Shown here one piece after another: positions 1-8,271 of a stretch of DNA of 26,493 bases (within the stretch, counting starts at the first letter, position 1; each line of letters opens with the position of its first letter). Under the pieces are notes generated by a model. It ran no database searches. It saw only the letters and a list, made by a program, of their open reading frames with translations, and was not told the origin of the DNA. A program made the translations under genes and the position numbers. The DNA is from an uncultured virus (IMG/VR IMGVR_UViG_3300027708_000048) (taxonomy: Duplodnaviria > Heunggongvirae > Uroviricota > Caudoviricetes): the IMG/VR virus record IMGVR_UViG_3300027708_000048. One strand, given 5' to 3'.

Positions 1-1
1 T

Positions 2-493
2 GGAGTTCAGCCAGAAGACTTTGCACTGGACTCAACTGGTGCTGGTGCTGGTATAGCCGACATCATCTCCCAGAGATGGCAGGGTGGCTTTACTAGGGTG
101 AGCTTTGGAGGGGCATCTACAGACGCTCCAGTAAGCGTTGAGGACACAAGGCCAGCCAAGCAAGTCTATGCCAATCGGGTGACTCAACTATGGGGGCAGA
201 TCAAGGTTGTCGTTATGGGAGGAAGACTCCGAGGCATGGATGATCAAACTGCAAGAGAGCTTTGTGCCAGGATTTACTCGCTAAAAAATGAGAAGATTCT
301 TCTTGAGAGCAAGAAGGAGTTAAAGCGGAGAACCAAGGGAAACTCGCCAGATAGGGCCGATGCCCTTGCGTTGCTTGTGGAGTTGTTTGTATCACAAAAC
401 GGCCTTGGAGAAGCCACTGGAAGTCAAGAACAAAATAATGACAACTGGGATGAATTTGTTATGGACAACGATATGGAATCTGACTATCGGTAG
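2..493 (+). CDS. terL: Terminase large subunit, C-terminal RNase H-like nuclease domain (5'-truncated)
   Basis: Frame is open from nt 2: GVQPEDFALDSTGAGAGIADII...LESKKELKRRTKGNSPDRADALAL. DxTGxGxGxxD and SPDxADA are typical TerL nuclease motifs. Confidence 0.85.
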   Translation, partial: GVQPEDFALDSTGAGAGIADIISQRWQGGFTRVSFGGASTDAPVSVEDTRPAKQVYANRVTQLWGQIKVVVMGGRLRGMDDQTARELCARIYSLKNEKILLESKKELKRRTKGNSPDRADALALLVELFVSQNGLGEATGSQEQNNDNWDEFVMDNDMESDYR

Positions 494-497
494 TCGC

Positions 498-1247
498 ATG
501 GAAAAAACAAAACTGGTGCGTAATGCACCTCATCAAAAATACCATCTAGCTGATGGAACCCAAGTGCCGGGGGGTAGCACTATCTGCAAGATCGGAGACG
601 ATCCATCTGCCCTAATCCACTGGGCGTGGAACCTCGGATCACAAGGCAAGGACTATCGCAAGGAGCGAGATAAGGCCGCTGACATTGGAACCATCGCTCA
701 CTTCATGATTGAGTGTATGCTTAATGGTAATGTGGCTGATCTCTCCGATTACGACGAGGCTGACATAGCCAAGGCTTTAGTCTGCTACACCAAGTTCCTC
801 GACTGGTGGGAGCTTCAGAACCTCAAGGTGGTAGCTACGGAGATCCAGTTAGTTAATGAGGAGTTCCGCTATGGAGGCACGATTGACCTCATTGCAGTTA
901 ATGATGGCGGCGATCATGTGCTTCTTGACTTCAAAACTTCCAAGAAAATCAGCGATGGCTATTGGAGGCAATGTGCTGGGTACTCTGCTTTGTGGAACTG
1001 CAATCAAGAAGAATATGGGAAATGGATAGTTATTGATCCTGCAGGAGTTTTGAAAATCAAAGAAGCAGGGCATAAACAGATTCAATCCGTTGCCATCGTG
1101 CGTATCGGCAAGGAGGAGGAAGGTGACTTTGAAGTGGTATGGAAGGAGGATCTTTCCAAGGAGTGGTTTGTGTTCCAGAAGCAAGTTGACCTTTACTGGG
1201 CCTTGCAAGCCGCAAAGCCAGAGCCAAAGCGTAAGAAGAAGGCATGA
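498..1247 (+). CDS. Phage PD-(D/E)XK nuclease (exonuclease, Cas4/RecB-like fold)
   Basis: GTIAHFMIE, EIQL, YGGTIDLI, LLDFKTS and QCAGY motifs. ATG 498 follows the terL stop by 4 nt; the ORF-track start at 360 overlaps terL and is unlikely. Confidence 0.85.
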   Translation: MEKTKLVRNAPHQKYHLADGTQVPGGSTICKIGDDPSALIHWAWNLGSQGKDYRKERDKAADIGTIAHFMIECMLNGNVADLSDYDEADIAKALVCYTKFLDWWELQNLKVVATEIQLVNEEFRYGGTIDLIAVNDGGDHVLLDFKTSKKISDGYWRQCAGYSALWNCNQEEYGKWIVIDPAGVLKIKEAGHKQIQSVAIVRIGKEEEGDFEVVWKEDLSKEWFVFQKQVDLYWALQAAKPEPKRKKKA

Positions 1248-2491
1248 ACCTTCCATCCTCACAAGATGCAGAGAGGGCACTCCTCTCCTGCATCATGCAG
1301 AACCCATCCGTAATGGATGAGATTGCAGACCTTGCTTCCCCCAAGCTGTTCCATCACCCCTCGCATCGCAAGGTGTTTGAGGGGCTGGTGGAACTTTGGA
1401 AGGAGGGTAGCGACTGCGACCTTATCACCATCACCAACCACATGATGAACGCTGGCACTCTTGAGCTTTCTGGAGGGCCAGCTTTCGTGACGGAAATATT
1501 CACCTCATTTTCCGTTAGGTCAAACTGGAGGGAATACCTAGACATCCTACGCAATAAGCACACTGCAAGACTTTCGATCAGTGCCGCAGAGCGGATCATT
1601 GCCAGTGCAAACGATCCTGCACACGAAGGGGATTTGAGCGAGATCGTGCAGAAGGCTTTGGTTGCAGTAGCCGCCGATGCCGAGACAACGACCAAGATCC
1701 AGAGCATCAAGGAGGCCGCTGGCAACAGGCTTGATGAATACGAGAACATGGTCAAGAACAAGGGCAAGCTACTCGGTATCACTACAGGCTTTAGCCAGCT
1801 TGATGAGCTTACTGGAGGCTTCCGTGGAGGCCAGCTTGTGGTCATTGGTGCCCCTACCAAGGGCGGCAAGACCGCTATGGCACTCAACATGGCTATGAGA
1901 ACGAGCGATGTTGGCGGCAATCCCACTGGAATCCTCTCACTGGAGATGAGTAGCGGAGAGCTTGTTGACAGGCTTGTAGCGTCTTATAGCGGGGCTGATG
2001 TGAGCCGCCTGTCCAAAGATCCCGACAAGGAGCTTATGGATAAGATCAGTCTTGGCGTGGCCCAGTTATCCAAGCTCAAGCTGTATATCCGAGATGAGTC
2101 GTCCATGAACTGCCTCCAGCTTCGTGCGGCAATCCGTAGGCTTGTAGCCGTTCACCAAGTCAAGCTTGTAGTCGTTGACTACATCCAGCTTCTGGAGCCT
2201 ACAGACCGCAAGGACAGCCGTGAGCGTCAAGTGGCAGAGGCTTCCAGAACGCTCAAGATGCTTGCCAAGGAAATGAACATCACCATCGTTGCACTTACGC
2301 AACTCAATGCTGATGGAGCATCCAGAGAATCAAGGGCAATCGAACATGATTGCGATTTATTCTTGACAATCAACCAAGATCAAGAACGGCCCGAAGACTG
2401 GTATCTAAATATAAAGCTTGCAAGAGCCTGTCCAAGAGCTAGTATCCCTTTATCGTTCAAGTCGCAGTTCCTGCGGTTCGATGAGCGGTAA
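1244..2491 (+). CDS. dnaB: Replicative DnaB-family helicase
   Basis: N-terminal LPSSQDAERALL, GITTGFSQLDELTGG, Walker A GAPTKGGKT, SLEMS, Walker B VVVDYIQLL, LAKEMNITIVALTQLN, SRESRAIEHDCD; ATGA overlap with the upstream gene. Confidence 0.95.
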   Translation: MNLPSSQDAERALLSCIMQNPSVMDEIADLASPKLFHHPSHRKVFEGLVELWKEGSDCDLITITNHMMNAGTLELSGGPAFVTEIFTSFSVRSNWREYLDILRNKHTARLSISAAERIIASANDPAHEGDLSEIVQKALVAVAADAETTTKIQSIKEAAGNRLDEYENMVKNKGKLLGITTGFSQLDELTGGFRGGQLVVIGAPTKGGKTAMALNMAMRTSDVGGNPTGILSLEMSSGELVDRLVASYSGADVSRLSKDPDKELMDKISLGVAQLSKLKLYIRDESSMNCLQLRAAIRRLVAVHQVKLVVVDYIQLLEPTDRKDSRERQVAEASRTLKMLAKEMNITIVALTQLNADGASRESRAIEHDCDLFLTINQDQERPEDWYLNIKLARACPRASIPLSFKSQFLRFDER

Positions 2492-2507
2492 TCAACAAAA
2501 CAAAACA

Positions 2508-2732
2508 ATGCCCGAATACGATAACACAAACAGCGGAGCCGCCTTCAAGGTGTTCAACGCTAATCCTAAAGCCCCTCAATACTCTGGCCCTCTCAATGTG
2601 GATGGCAAGGAGTTTGAGGTCAGTATCTGGGAGAAGACCAGTAAGGCTGGAAAGCCTTTCTTCTCCATCAAAGTTGGCCCTCCTCGCCCCAAGAAGGACT
2701 TCAAGAAGTCAAGCGAGGAAATCCCATTTTAG
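2508..2732 (+). CDS. Small phage single-stranded DNA-binding-like protein (74 aa)
   Basis: MPEYDNTNSGAAF...PQYSG..NVDGKEFEVSIW...GKPFFSIKV with an acidic EEIPF C-terminus as in SSBs; directly after dnaB. Confidence 0.7.
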   Translation: MPEYDNTNSGAAFKVFNANPKAPQYSGPLNVDGKEFEVSIWEKTSKAGKPFFSIKVGPPRPKKDFKKSSEEIPF

Positions 2733-2766
2733 TTTCCAGTCGTAGTTGTTGACGATTGGGTGTGGG

Positions 2767-2807
2767 GAACCCCTCTCCGAGTTCATACGGAGGGGGGTTC
2801 TTTTTTT
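2767..2807 (+). terminator. Rho-independent terminator of the replication operon
   Basis: 13-bp stem GAACCCCTCTCCG / CGGAGGGGGGTTC (one G-U), 8-nt loop, followed by T7. Confidence 0.85.
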
Positions 2808-2868
2808 CTTGCATCGCCCCGAATTTCTGAAAGACTTTTCTCAAGCGGCACAACACCCGCCAACCACA

Positions 2869-3039
2869 ATGAAAACACAACACATCGCACCGCTACTAAA
2901 TCTAGCTCCCTTGTTCAAGGTGAGCATTGCACAAGCAAGACGACATGGGCTTGACGAGATCCGCATCTCCGTCCCTCGTGCCAAGGAAATCCTCCACGAC
3001 ATCGTTGTGGCAGGCAAGGCCATCAAGGAGAACAGATGA
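2869..3039 (+). CDS. Hypothetical protein (56 aa)
   Basis: ATG after an A/C-rich leader (CAACCACA-ATG), MKTQHIAPLL...; stop overlaps the next start (ATGA). Confidence 0.65.
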   Translation: MKTQHIAPLLNLAPLFKVSIAQARRHGLDEIRISVPRAKEILHDIVVAGKAIKENR

Positions 3040-3245
3040 GCGTATTCGTTATTATCTGGGGCGGCTTGGGCTGTGCAATGGCCTATATGCTGGGCCTGCA
3101 CTGCTATGGCCTCCATGTGAAGCAACAGCAACTCAAACAACTCGCTCGTCTCTTCCGAGATGATCGTGCCAACTTTGACTTGTATTTCTACAACATCGCA
3201 ATCGACATCACCAAACAGGAGATCGCAAAACAAAATGCAGAATGA
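3036..3245 (+). CDS. Hypothetical protein with N-terminal membrane anchor (69 aa)
   Basis: ATGA coupling; hydrophobic N-terminus MSVFVIIWGGLGCAMAYMLG. Confidence 0.65.
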   Translation: MSVFVIIWGGLGCAMAYMLGLHCYGLHVKQQQLKQLARLFRDDRANFDLYFYNIAIDITKQEIAKQNAE

Positions 3246-3396
3246 CATCGACACCCTCAAGTGGGAGATCCGTGAATACCTCAACCAGATCCAAGAGCTT
3301 GTCAACACGCTCAAGCAGATCCAGACCCTCAACTCACTAGGCAAGACAAAGAAGATTGCCGACACCATAAACGAAGCACTATGCAAGCAGTCCTAA
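3235..3396 (+). CDS. Hypothetical coiled-coil protein (53 aa)
   Basis: AAAACAAA-ATG, MQNDIDTLKWEIREYLNQIQELVNTLKQ with heptad pattern; overlaps both neighbours. Confidence 0.6.
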   Translation: MQNDIDTLKWEIREYLNQIQELVNTLKQIQTLNSLGKTKKIADTINEALCKQS

Positions 3397-3686
3397 AGCA
3401 TCGCACCCCCGACCAGTGGGCCGCTCACATTGAGCTATTGCCGAAGAAGATCCGCACCCAGATCGCCAAGATCGTATGGTGGGATTGGTTCGGCCCTCGC
3501 ATCGTTTCAGATCGCTGGGATCACCTAGACAAGTATGTGAATCAGAATTGCAGAGAGCTTGAGGATCACGAGGTACTGGAGGGCCTAGAGCTTCTTGGAT
3601 ACACCGAGACGCAAGCCAGACAACGCCTCTATCCAGACGAGAGAATCAGCCAGAAAACACCAAACCAAAACAAAACAAATGAGTAA
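3381..3686 (+). CDS. Hypothetical protein (101 aa)
   Basis: Fits the tightly packed operon; Trp-rich globular-looking sequence. Confidence 0.7.
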   Translation: MQAVLKHRTPDQWAAHIELLPKKIRTQIAKIVWWDWFGPRIVSDRWDHLDKYVNQNCRELEDHEVLEGLELLGYTETQARQRLYPDERISQKTPNQNKTNE

Positions 3687-4023
3687 CCTAATCGTGCCAG
3701 AAGAGTTTAAGGACAGAGCTTTAGTCCCCATGCAGTTCCCATTCCGAGCGGATGGTGATTGCATCCTAGATGCAGAAGGCCGTGAGGTGGCATCAATCTC
3801 TGCCGCCATCGCCATCAAGGAGAGCATCAATATAGCAAAGCTATTTGCCGCCGCTCCAGAGATGTTTGAGATTCTTGGCAGGGCTTATACCATTATCTTT
3901 ATATTTGCCGCACAGCGGGAAGGATTCGACCACGGAAACGATGACGAGGATAAGACCGATTGTCCCCTTTGTCAGATGGAGGACATTCTGCGTAAGGTCA
4001 ATAGCGGTATCCTGCCAGAATGA
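3679..4023 (+). CDS. Hypothetical phage protein (114 aa)
   Basis: CAAAACAAAACAA-ATG; contains AKLFAAAPEMFEIL, resembling the common phage NARLIAAAPELLEAL motif; CPLC near the C-terminus. Confidence 0.7.
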   Translation: MSNLIVPEEFKDRALVPMQFPFRADGDCILDAEGREVASISAAIAIKESINIAKLFAAAPEMFEILGRAYTIIFIFAAQREGFDHGNDDEDKTDCPLCQMEDILRKVNSGILPE

Positions 4024-4211
4024 GCGATAACGGAACCCACAATGGAGTTCCTTTAAGGATTGAGGCCGACGAATCTGGGAGCCATGCTAATGAGCTACAC
4101 TTATCCTATGTGATGAGGAAGGCCATTGATGGCTTCTGGAAGCGGAGGGGATTCGATAAGGAACCAGAACGCTTAACTACATTCATGCACGATAGGAGGA
4201 AGAAGAAATGA
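4020..4211 (+). CDS. Hypothetical protein (63 aa)
   Basis: ATGA overlaps at both ends. Confidence 0.65.
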   Translation: MSDNGTHNGVPLRIEADESGSHANELHLSYVMRKAIDGFWKRRGFDKEPERLTTFMHDRRKKK

Positions 4212-5341
4212 GATTTCACTGCTTGGGTATTCCCCACACAATTAGCAACGCTGACTACATAGCCTGTGCGTTCACGCAGAAGGTGGTTAAGTTCTGCGAG
4301 ATGATGAAGGCCAGAGGCCACTACATAATTCACTACGGACATGACAGAAGCGAAGTGGTGGCTGATGAGATCGTCGGCACTACTAACGATGCCGTCCTAA
4401 AGGAAGCCTACGGCGACTACGATTGGCACAGCAATGTGTTTAAGTTCGCAATGGATGATCCTGCCTACAAGATGTTCTATGCCAGAACAAACGAGGAGAT
4501 CGCTAAACGCAAGCAGTATGGCGACTTCCTCCTCTGCTTCTGGGGGCATGGACATCGCCCTGTAGCAGACGCTAACCCCGATATGATCGTCGTAGAGCCG
4601 GGGATCGGGTATCCCGGCGGCACATTCGCCCCATATAAGGTTTACGAATCGCAGTATATGCTAGGGGCCTTCCACGGAACCGAGGCCGTGGGAACGCCAG
4701 ATAAGTTCAGCTGGTATGATGCCGTGATTCCTAACTACTTTGACACGAGGCAGTTCACTTTCAACGCAGACAAGGAGGACTACTTCCTATTCATTGGCAG
4801 GATAGGCCATCATAAGGGGTTGCATATCGCTATTGAAGTGACGCAAGCCATCGGAGCCAAGCTAAAAGTGGCGGGACAGGGAGACATAAAGGCTATGGGC
4901 TACACGGAAATACCTAGTCATGTGGAGTTCGTGGGCTACGCAGGAGTGGAAGAGAGGCGTAAGCTAATGGCAAACGCTAAAGGGCAATTCGTAGCCACCA
5001 TGTATGGGGAGCCTTTCGGCGGAGTTCAGATTGAAGGTATGCTATCTGGCACTCCTATCATCTCTACTGACTGGGGTTGCTTCCAAGAGCTTAACCTCCA
5101 CGGCGTAACAGGATACCGATGCCGCACCTTTGAGCAGTTTGTCTGGGCCGCAAAGAACATCCATACCATCGACCCCAAAAAGTGTAGGGCTTGGGCCGAA
5201 AACTTTAGCATGGAGAAAGTTGCCGCAATGTATGAGGAATACTTTACCAGCATATCCAACATTTATGGCAAGGCTGGATGGTATGAACTTAACGAATCAC
5301 GAACAGAGTTAAGCTGGCTCTCACGCAACTACCCGCAATGA
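4208..5341 (+). CDS. GT-B fold glycosyltransferase (GT4 / glycosyl transferase group 1)
   Basis: VIPNYFD, YFLFIGRIGHHKGLHIAIE, VEFVGY, EPFGGVQIEGMLSGTPII (EX7E motif), HGVTGY. Confidence 0.92.
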   Translation: MRFHCLGIPHTISNADYIACAFTQKVVKFCEMMKARGHYIIHYGHDRSEVVADEIVGTTNDAVLKEAYGDYDWHSNVFKFAMDDPAYKMFYARTNEEIAKRKQYGDFLLCFWGHGHRPVADANPDMIVVEPGIGYPGGTFAPYKVYESQYMLGAFHGTEAVGTPDKFSWYDAVIPNYFDTRQFTFNADKEDYFLFIGRIGHHKGLHIAIEVTQAIGAKLKVAGQGDIKAMGYTEIPSHVEFVGYAGVEERRKLMANAKGQFVATMYGEPFGGVQIEGMLSGTPIISTDWGCFQELNLHGVTGYRCRTFEQFVWAAKNIHTIDPKKCRAWAENFSMEKVAAMYEEYFTSISNIYGKAGWYELNESRTELSWLSRNYPQ

Positions 5342-5445
5342 TAACGAATATAATCATATTCCTAGCACTCATGTTGGCGTTCTGCCTTATCTTCATTGGG
5401 CTGTGCCTGCTACCGAAGGGCGACGACCCAGATCGCCCCGCATAA
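5338..5445 (+). CDS. Small single-TM membrane peptide (35 aa; below the ORF-track cutoff)
   Basis: ATGA overlap with the GT stop; MITNIIIFLALMLAFCLIFIGLCLLPKGDDPDRPA. Confidence 0.55.
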   Translation: MITNIIIFLALMLAFCLIFIGLCLLPKGDDPDRPA

Positions 5446-5491
5446 TAATGGGATCGCCCTGCAAAGGCATCGCCCCGCATAATAAGGGGCG
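5432..5491 (+). repeat. Short direct repeats ATCGCCCCGCATAATAA x2 plus one partial copy
   Basis: Exact 17-mers at 5432-5448 and 5469-5485; partial ATCGCCCTGCA at 5453-5463; the second copy closes a CGCCCC/GGGGCG hairpin. Confidence 0.8.
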
Positions 5492-5565
5492 GGCGTGGAT
5501 GTCCGAGTTGAGGTGGCACTAAAGCATCGAAAGGGCCGAGCGAAGCGAGGGACTATTTTTGCAAC

Positions 5566-5602
5566 AAAAAAAAAGGGCCGGGAGGCGTAAGCCCCCCGAC
5601 CC
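5566..5602 (-). terminator. Rho-independent terminator of the minus-strand cassette
   Basis: Minus strand GGGTCGGGGGGC-TTAC-GCCTCCCGGCCC followed by T9; the stem is closed by G-U pairs on this strand. Confidence 0.85.
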
Positions 5603-5610
5603 AGATTCTG

Positions 5611-5703
5611 TTATTGTCTGAAGTGATCGTTAACGCAAGTAGCCATTGCGACGAGCCAGAAGGCGATCAGCCATTCCAGAAGTCGTTTACGGCTGTTGCT
5701 CAC
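5611..5703 (-). CDS. Small hydrophobic peptide (30 aa; below the ORF-track cutoff)
   Basis: GTG start overlaps the GATase TGA (GTGA); MSNSRKRLLEWLIAFWLVAMATCVNDHFRQ; ends just before the terminator. Confidence 0.5.
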   Translation of the reverse strand: MSNSRKRLLEWLIAFWLVAMATCVNDHFRQ

Positions 5704-6716
5704 TTGTAGTCTCCGATTCCGAGTTCGGAAGCGTCAACTGCGGCGATGGCATCCGCTTCAGTCATAAGCTCCCGCTGTTCTGCGGCCTCGTGTGCGGATA
5801 GCCAAGTAGCACTGCTGTTACTGGCTGATCCGTAGTTGCTATACTGCCAAGCCCCGGCTGATGACGCAGGGTATTCCTTGCGTTTGCGGTGCGTTGACTT
5901 GTCCCAGCCTTTGCCGAGGCTTTGCGAGGCAAAACCAAGCTGGCGGGTTGTCGCCTGCTTGTGCTTCCAGTCGCTTAACTCTGGCTCTTTGCCACCTTCG
6001 GCAAACTCAAGCCAAGTCCAAGCGGCTAGTGGATAAGCAGTGACTCCACTGCAGTTCCATGCATCTGCGACGGCTTCGACAATCTCTGGCGTGGTGCCAA
6101 AGATCCAACGCTCTTTGCTAGTTATGCCAGCGTAGAGCCTTGCCCTGTCGTCAACGGCAACGATAAGCTTGCCTTGCGGGTTAAGTGCAAGGAAAGCGGC
6201 GTAACCGCTGATGTGTTCCAATTGCTCCTTACGCTTGAGCATTGGCGTGTTGTCAGCCATTGCGATAAGCAAGTGCTGGCTGTCGCAAGTTACTTTCTCG
6301 TGTGATTTGCACTTTGGGCCTTCCCAGTTGATCACGCCATTGTGGGCGAGTGTCCAACCGCTCCTGCGGAACGGATGCACATTCTCTAGGTTGATGCCGC
6401 AAGTGGCTGTTCTGCCGTGACCGATCATATGACGGTCTGGCTTGTAACTGCCCTCGTGGGCTGTGCGATAGGTGGTTGCGAAGGCTTCTGCCATCTTGCC
6501 AGCTCTGCGATATAGATTCGGAATCCCATTCATATCGTGGAACTCATGCGGGTCGAGGTATCGGGCACGAAGGCCAGTCGAACCAGCCTGTGCGTAGCCG
6601 AAGCCGTCACGCTCGGTTTTTCTGATCTGATCGTGAGCGGCTTGTAGTGCCGCATCTGCCATTGCTTTTGCAAGTGGATTATTCTTGCTTGATGTCCATC
6701 CGACTAATTTACACAT
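5700..6716 (-). CDS. Class II (Ntn-hydrolase) glutamine amidotransferase
   Basis: Start at ATG 6716 gives the N-terminal nucleophile MCKLVG; ERDGFG, GHGRTAT, NVHPF, LAHNGVI, CDSQ, ISGYAAF motifs. Confidence 0.9.
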   Translation of the reverse strand: MCKLVGWTSSKNNPLAKAMADAALQAAHDQIRKTERDGFGYAQAGSTGLRARYLDPHEFHDMNGIPNLYRRAGKMAEAFATTYRTAHEGSYKPDRHMIGHGRTATCGINLENVHPFRRSGWTLAHNGVINWEGPKCKSHEKVTCDSQHLLIAMADNTPMLKRKEQLEHISGYAAFLALNPQGKLIVAVDDRARLYAGITSKERWIFGTTPEIVEAVADAWNCSGVTAYPLAAWTWLEFAEGGKEPELSDWKHKQATTRQLGFASQSLGKGWDKSTHRKRKEYPASSAGAWQYSNYGSASNSSATWLSAHEAAEQRELMTEADAIAAVDASELGIGDYK

Positions 6717-6738
6717 AATGTTGTTTCCTTTATTGTTG

Positions 6739-6987
6739 TTAACCGACGATTGTTGTCCATGCCTTTGCAAGTCGTGCAAGGAATGGTTTTTTGCGAAGCC
6801 TGTAGGATTTTTCTTTAGCAACCCTGCGGCTTCTTACCCTGTTGTATTCAATTTGCTTCTGGTAGGTTTCTGGAGAGAGCCAGACCTCGTATGTCTTCCA
6901 GCCAGATTTCCGCTTTTTATGCTGAAGCCCCCAGTATCTGAATCCGTCTTCTCTGGTGTCTCCAGCTTTGTGTTTTCTCTGTTTCAT
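6739..6987 (-). CDS. Small basic hypothetical protein, possibly DNA-binding (82 aa)
   Basis: ATGA coupling with the upstream gene; very Lys/Arg-rich; GDTREDG.RYWG...EVWLSPE. Confidence 0.65.
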   Translation of the reverse strand: MKQRKHKAGDTREDGFRYWGLQHKKRKSGWKTYEVWLSPETYQKQIEYNRVRSRRVAKEKSYRLRKKPFLARLAKAWTTIVG

Positions 6988-8240
6988 AATACGACTGGGT
7001 TACGGCGACGAAAGCCACGGACTCGGATGCCTGTTGCTTCAAACTCTTGCCAGAGTAGGTTGCAGGCTTCCCTGTCTTTCTGTGGCGTTGATGCCGCTCT
7101 GCACTTTTTGCGGATTACACGCAATGCATATGCAAGAGCCTCTGGTGCGTTAACTGATGACCAGCGAACGAACTCGGGCCAAGCAATGCGGGTTGTCTCT
7201 TCTGCAAGTGGATAGCTGTTAAGGCTATCTACATCTTGCCATTCTGACCACTTGGCTATTGCCTGCATGATGTCACGGCGACCGATCCAGTCTTCGACTT
7301 TCTTGGAAGTGCCCCACAGACGCATCTCTACAGTGCCTGTTCTGTTCCAAGTGTTTGCAGATAAGGCTGTTGCCTTAACTGATTTTGCACGATTGAACGA
7401 GCAACAGACAGTATTCATCTGCGACCAGTGCCCGGAGCGGCGGCTGTATGGAACAAGCCAACGCATCCAAGTCAGGTTATAACGCAGTGCTGAATAGACG
7501 CTCTCGCCTATGGCTTCGTTTTTGCCGCAGTTAATGTGGATGTGACCACCATTGCGGGATTGACTGCCCAGTGTGCGAACCAGACCGCATACAATGCGAG
7601 TGAGTTCTGGACGGATGAGGAACTGCGTCTCTGCCTGCCCTCCGCCATCACGAGCGAAGTTCAGATGAGCCGAGTGCTTCCAATACTCATGGCGACTGCT
7701 TGCAGAGCTTTTGCCTTTGGCAAGCTTGCGGATGCGGAATGTATCCATGCTGGTTGCCTCAAGCTCACCAGAGCAAGTGTAGAGCGGCATTGACTCATAG
7801 AGCGGCTTCTCGACTTTAGTTATGATATTGCTGTCGATGTGAGCCTTTTCCAGCTTGTGTATGGCATAACCAATTTCTTTTCGTAGTTGCAGGTCTAATT
7901 CGCAACCGATATATATATTTGTGCGTTGAGTTACTTGCCGCCACACATCTTTGACCGAGTATTTGCGGAAGATTGCCCTAAACTTGCGGCGACCTAATGC
8001 CATGCGGTAAACTTTACGCATAGTCTCACGCTCAAGCTTTGTGGTTTCTTCAGTGTTAGTTGCGTTGGTATACCATTGCTTGCGGCGATAGATGTCGTGC
8101 AAGCGTTTGAATTGATCACGCTCTAGTATGTCTGACAGACCCGCATTGCGAGGGGATGTGCCCCAGTTGCGAGCCTGCATGATGGTAAGGCCAGCGGCAT
8201 ATAGCGAGCCTTGGGACTTAACGATGGCTTGGTAGTTCAT
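6984..8240 (-). CDS. Putative amidoligase (glutamine-synthetase-fold COOH-NH2 ligase) with basic N-terminal extension
   Basis: Ordered motifs GELE, RDGG, ETQF..RP, NGGHIHIN, SRR, TVEMR match the GxExE / DGS / E / GxHxH / ExR pattern of amidoligases; next to a GATase II; ATG 8240 follows an A/C-rich leader. Confidence 0.75.
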   Translation of the reverse strand: MNYQAIVKSQGSLYAAGLTIMQARNWGTSPRNAGLSDILERDQFKRLHDIYRRKQWYTNATNTEETTKLERETMRKVYRMALGRRKFRAIFRKYSVKDVWRQVTQRTNIYIGCELDLQLRKEIGYAIHKLEKAHIDSNIITKVEKPLYESMPLYTCSGELEATSMDTFRIRKLAKGKSSASSRHEYWKHSAHLNFARDGGGQAETQFLIRPELTRIVCGLVRTLGSQSRNGGHIHINCGKNEAIGESVYSALRYNLTWMRWLVPYSRRSGHWSQMNTVCCSFNRAKSVKATALSANTWNRTGTVEMRLWGTSKKVEDWIGRRDIMQAIAKWSEWQDVDSLNSYPLAEETTRIAWPEFVRWSSVNAPEALAYALRVIRKKCRAASTPQKDREACNLLWQEFEATGIRVRGFRRRNPVVL

Positions 8241-8271
8241 AGTTAATGTTGTTGTTTGGGTGTGGTTGCGT

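Noticed and set aside
360..497. Extended N-termini from the ORF track (starts at 360, 2418, 2746, 3160, 3595, 6821, 8315, 9556)
   Set aside because: They overlap neighbouring genes or terminators or lack a plausible leader; downstream ATGs with A/C-rich leaders fit better, and the GATase needs Cys at position 2
498..1247. Cas4 / CRISPR-associated call for the nuclease
   Set aside because: It lacks the four-Cys Fe-S arrangement with a C-terminal CxxC cluster, and its context is a phage replication operon
6685..7793. Plus-strand ORFs antisense to the amidoligase/GATase cassette, and similar antisense ORFs across dnaB and the giant gene
   Set aside because: Shadow frames of well-supported genes on the opposite strand
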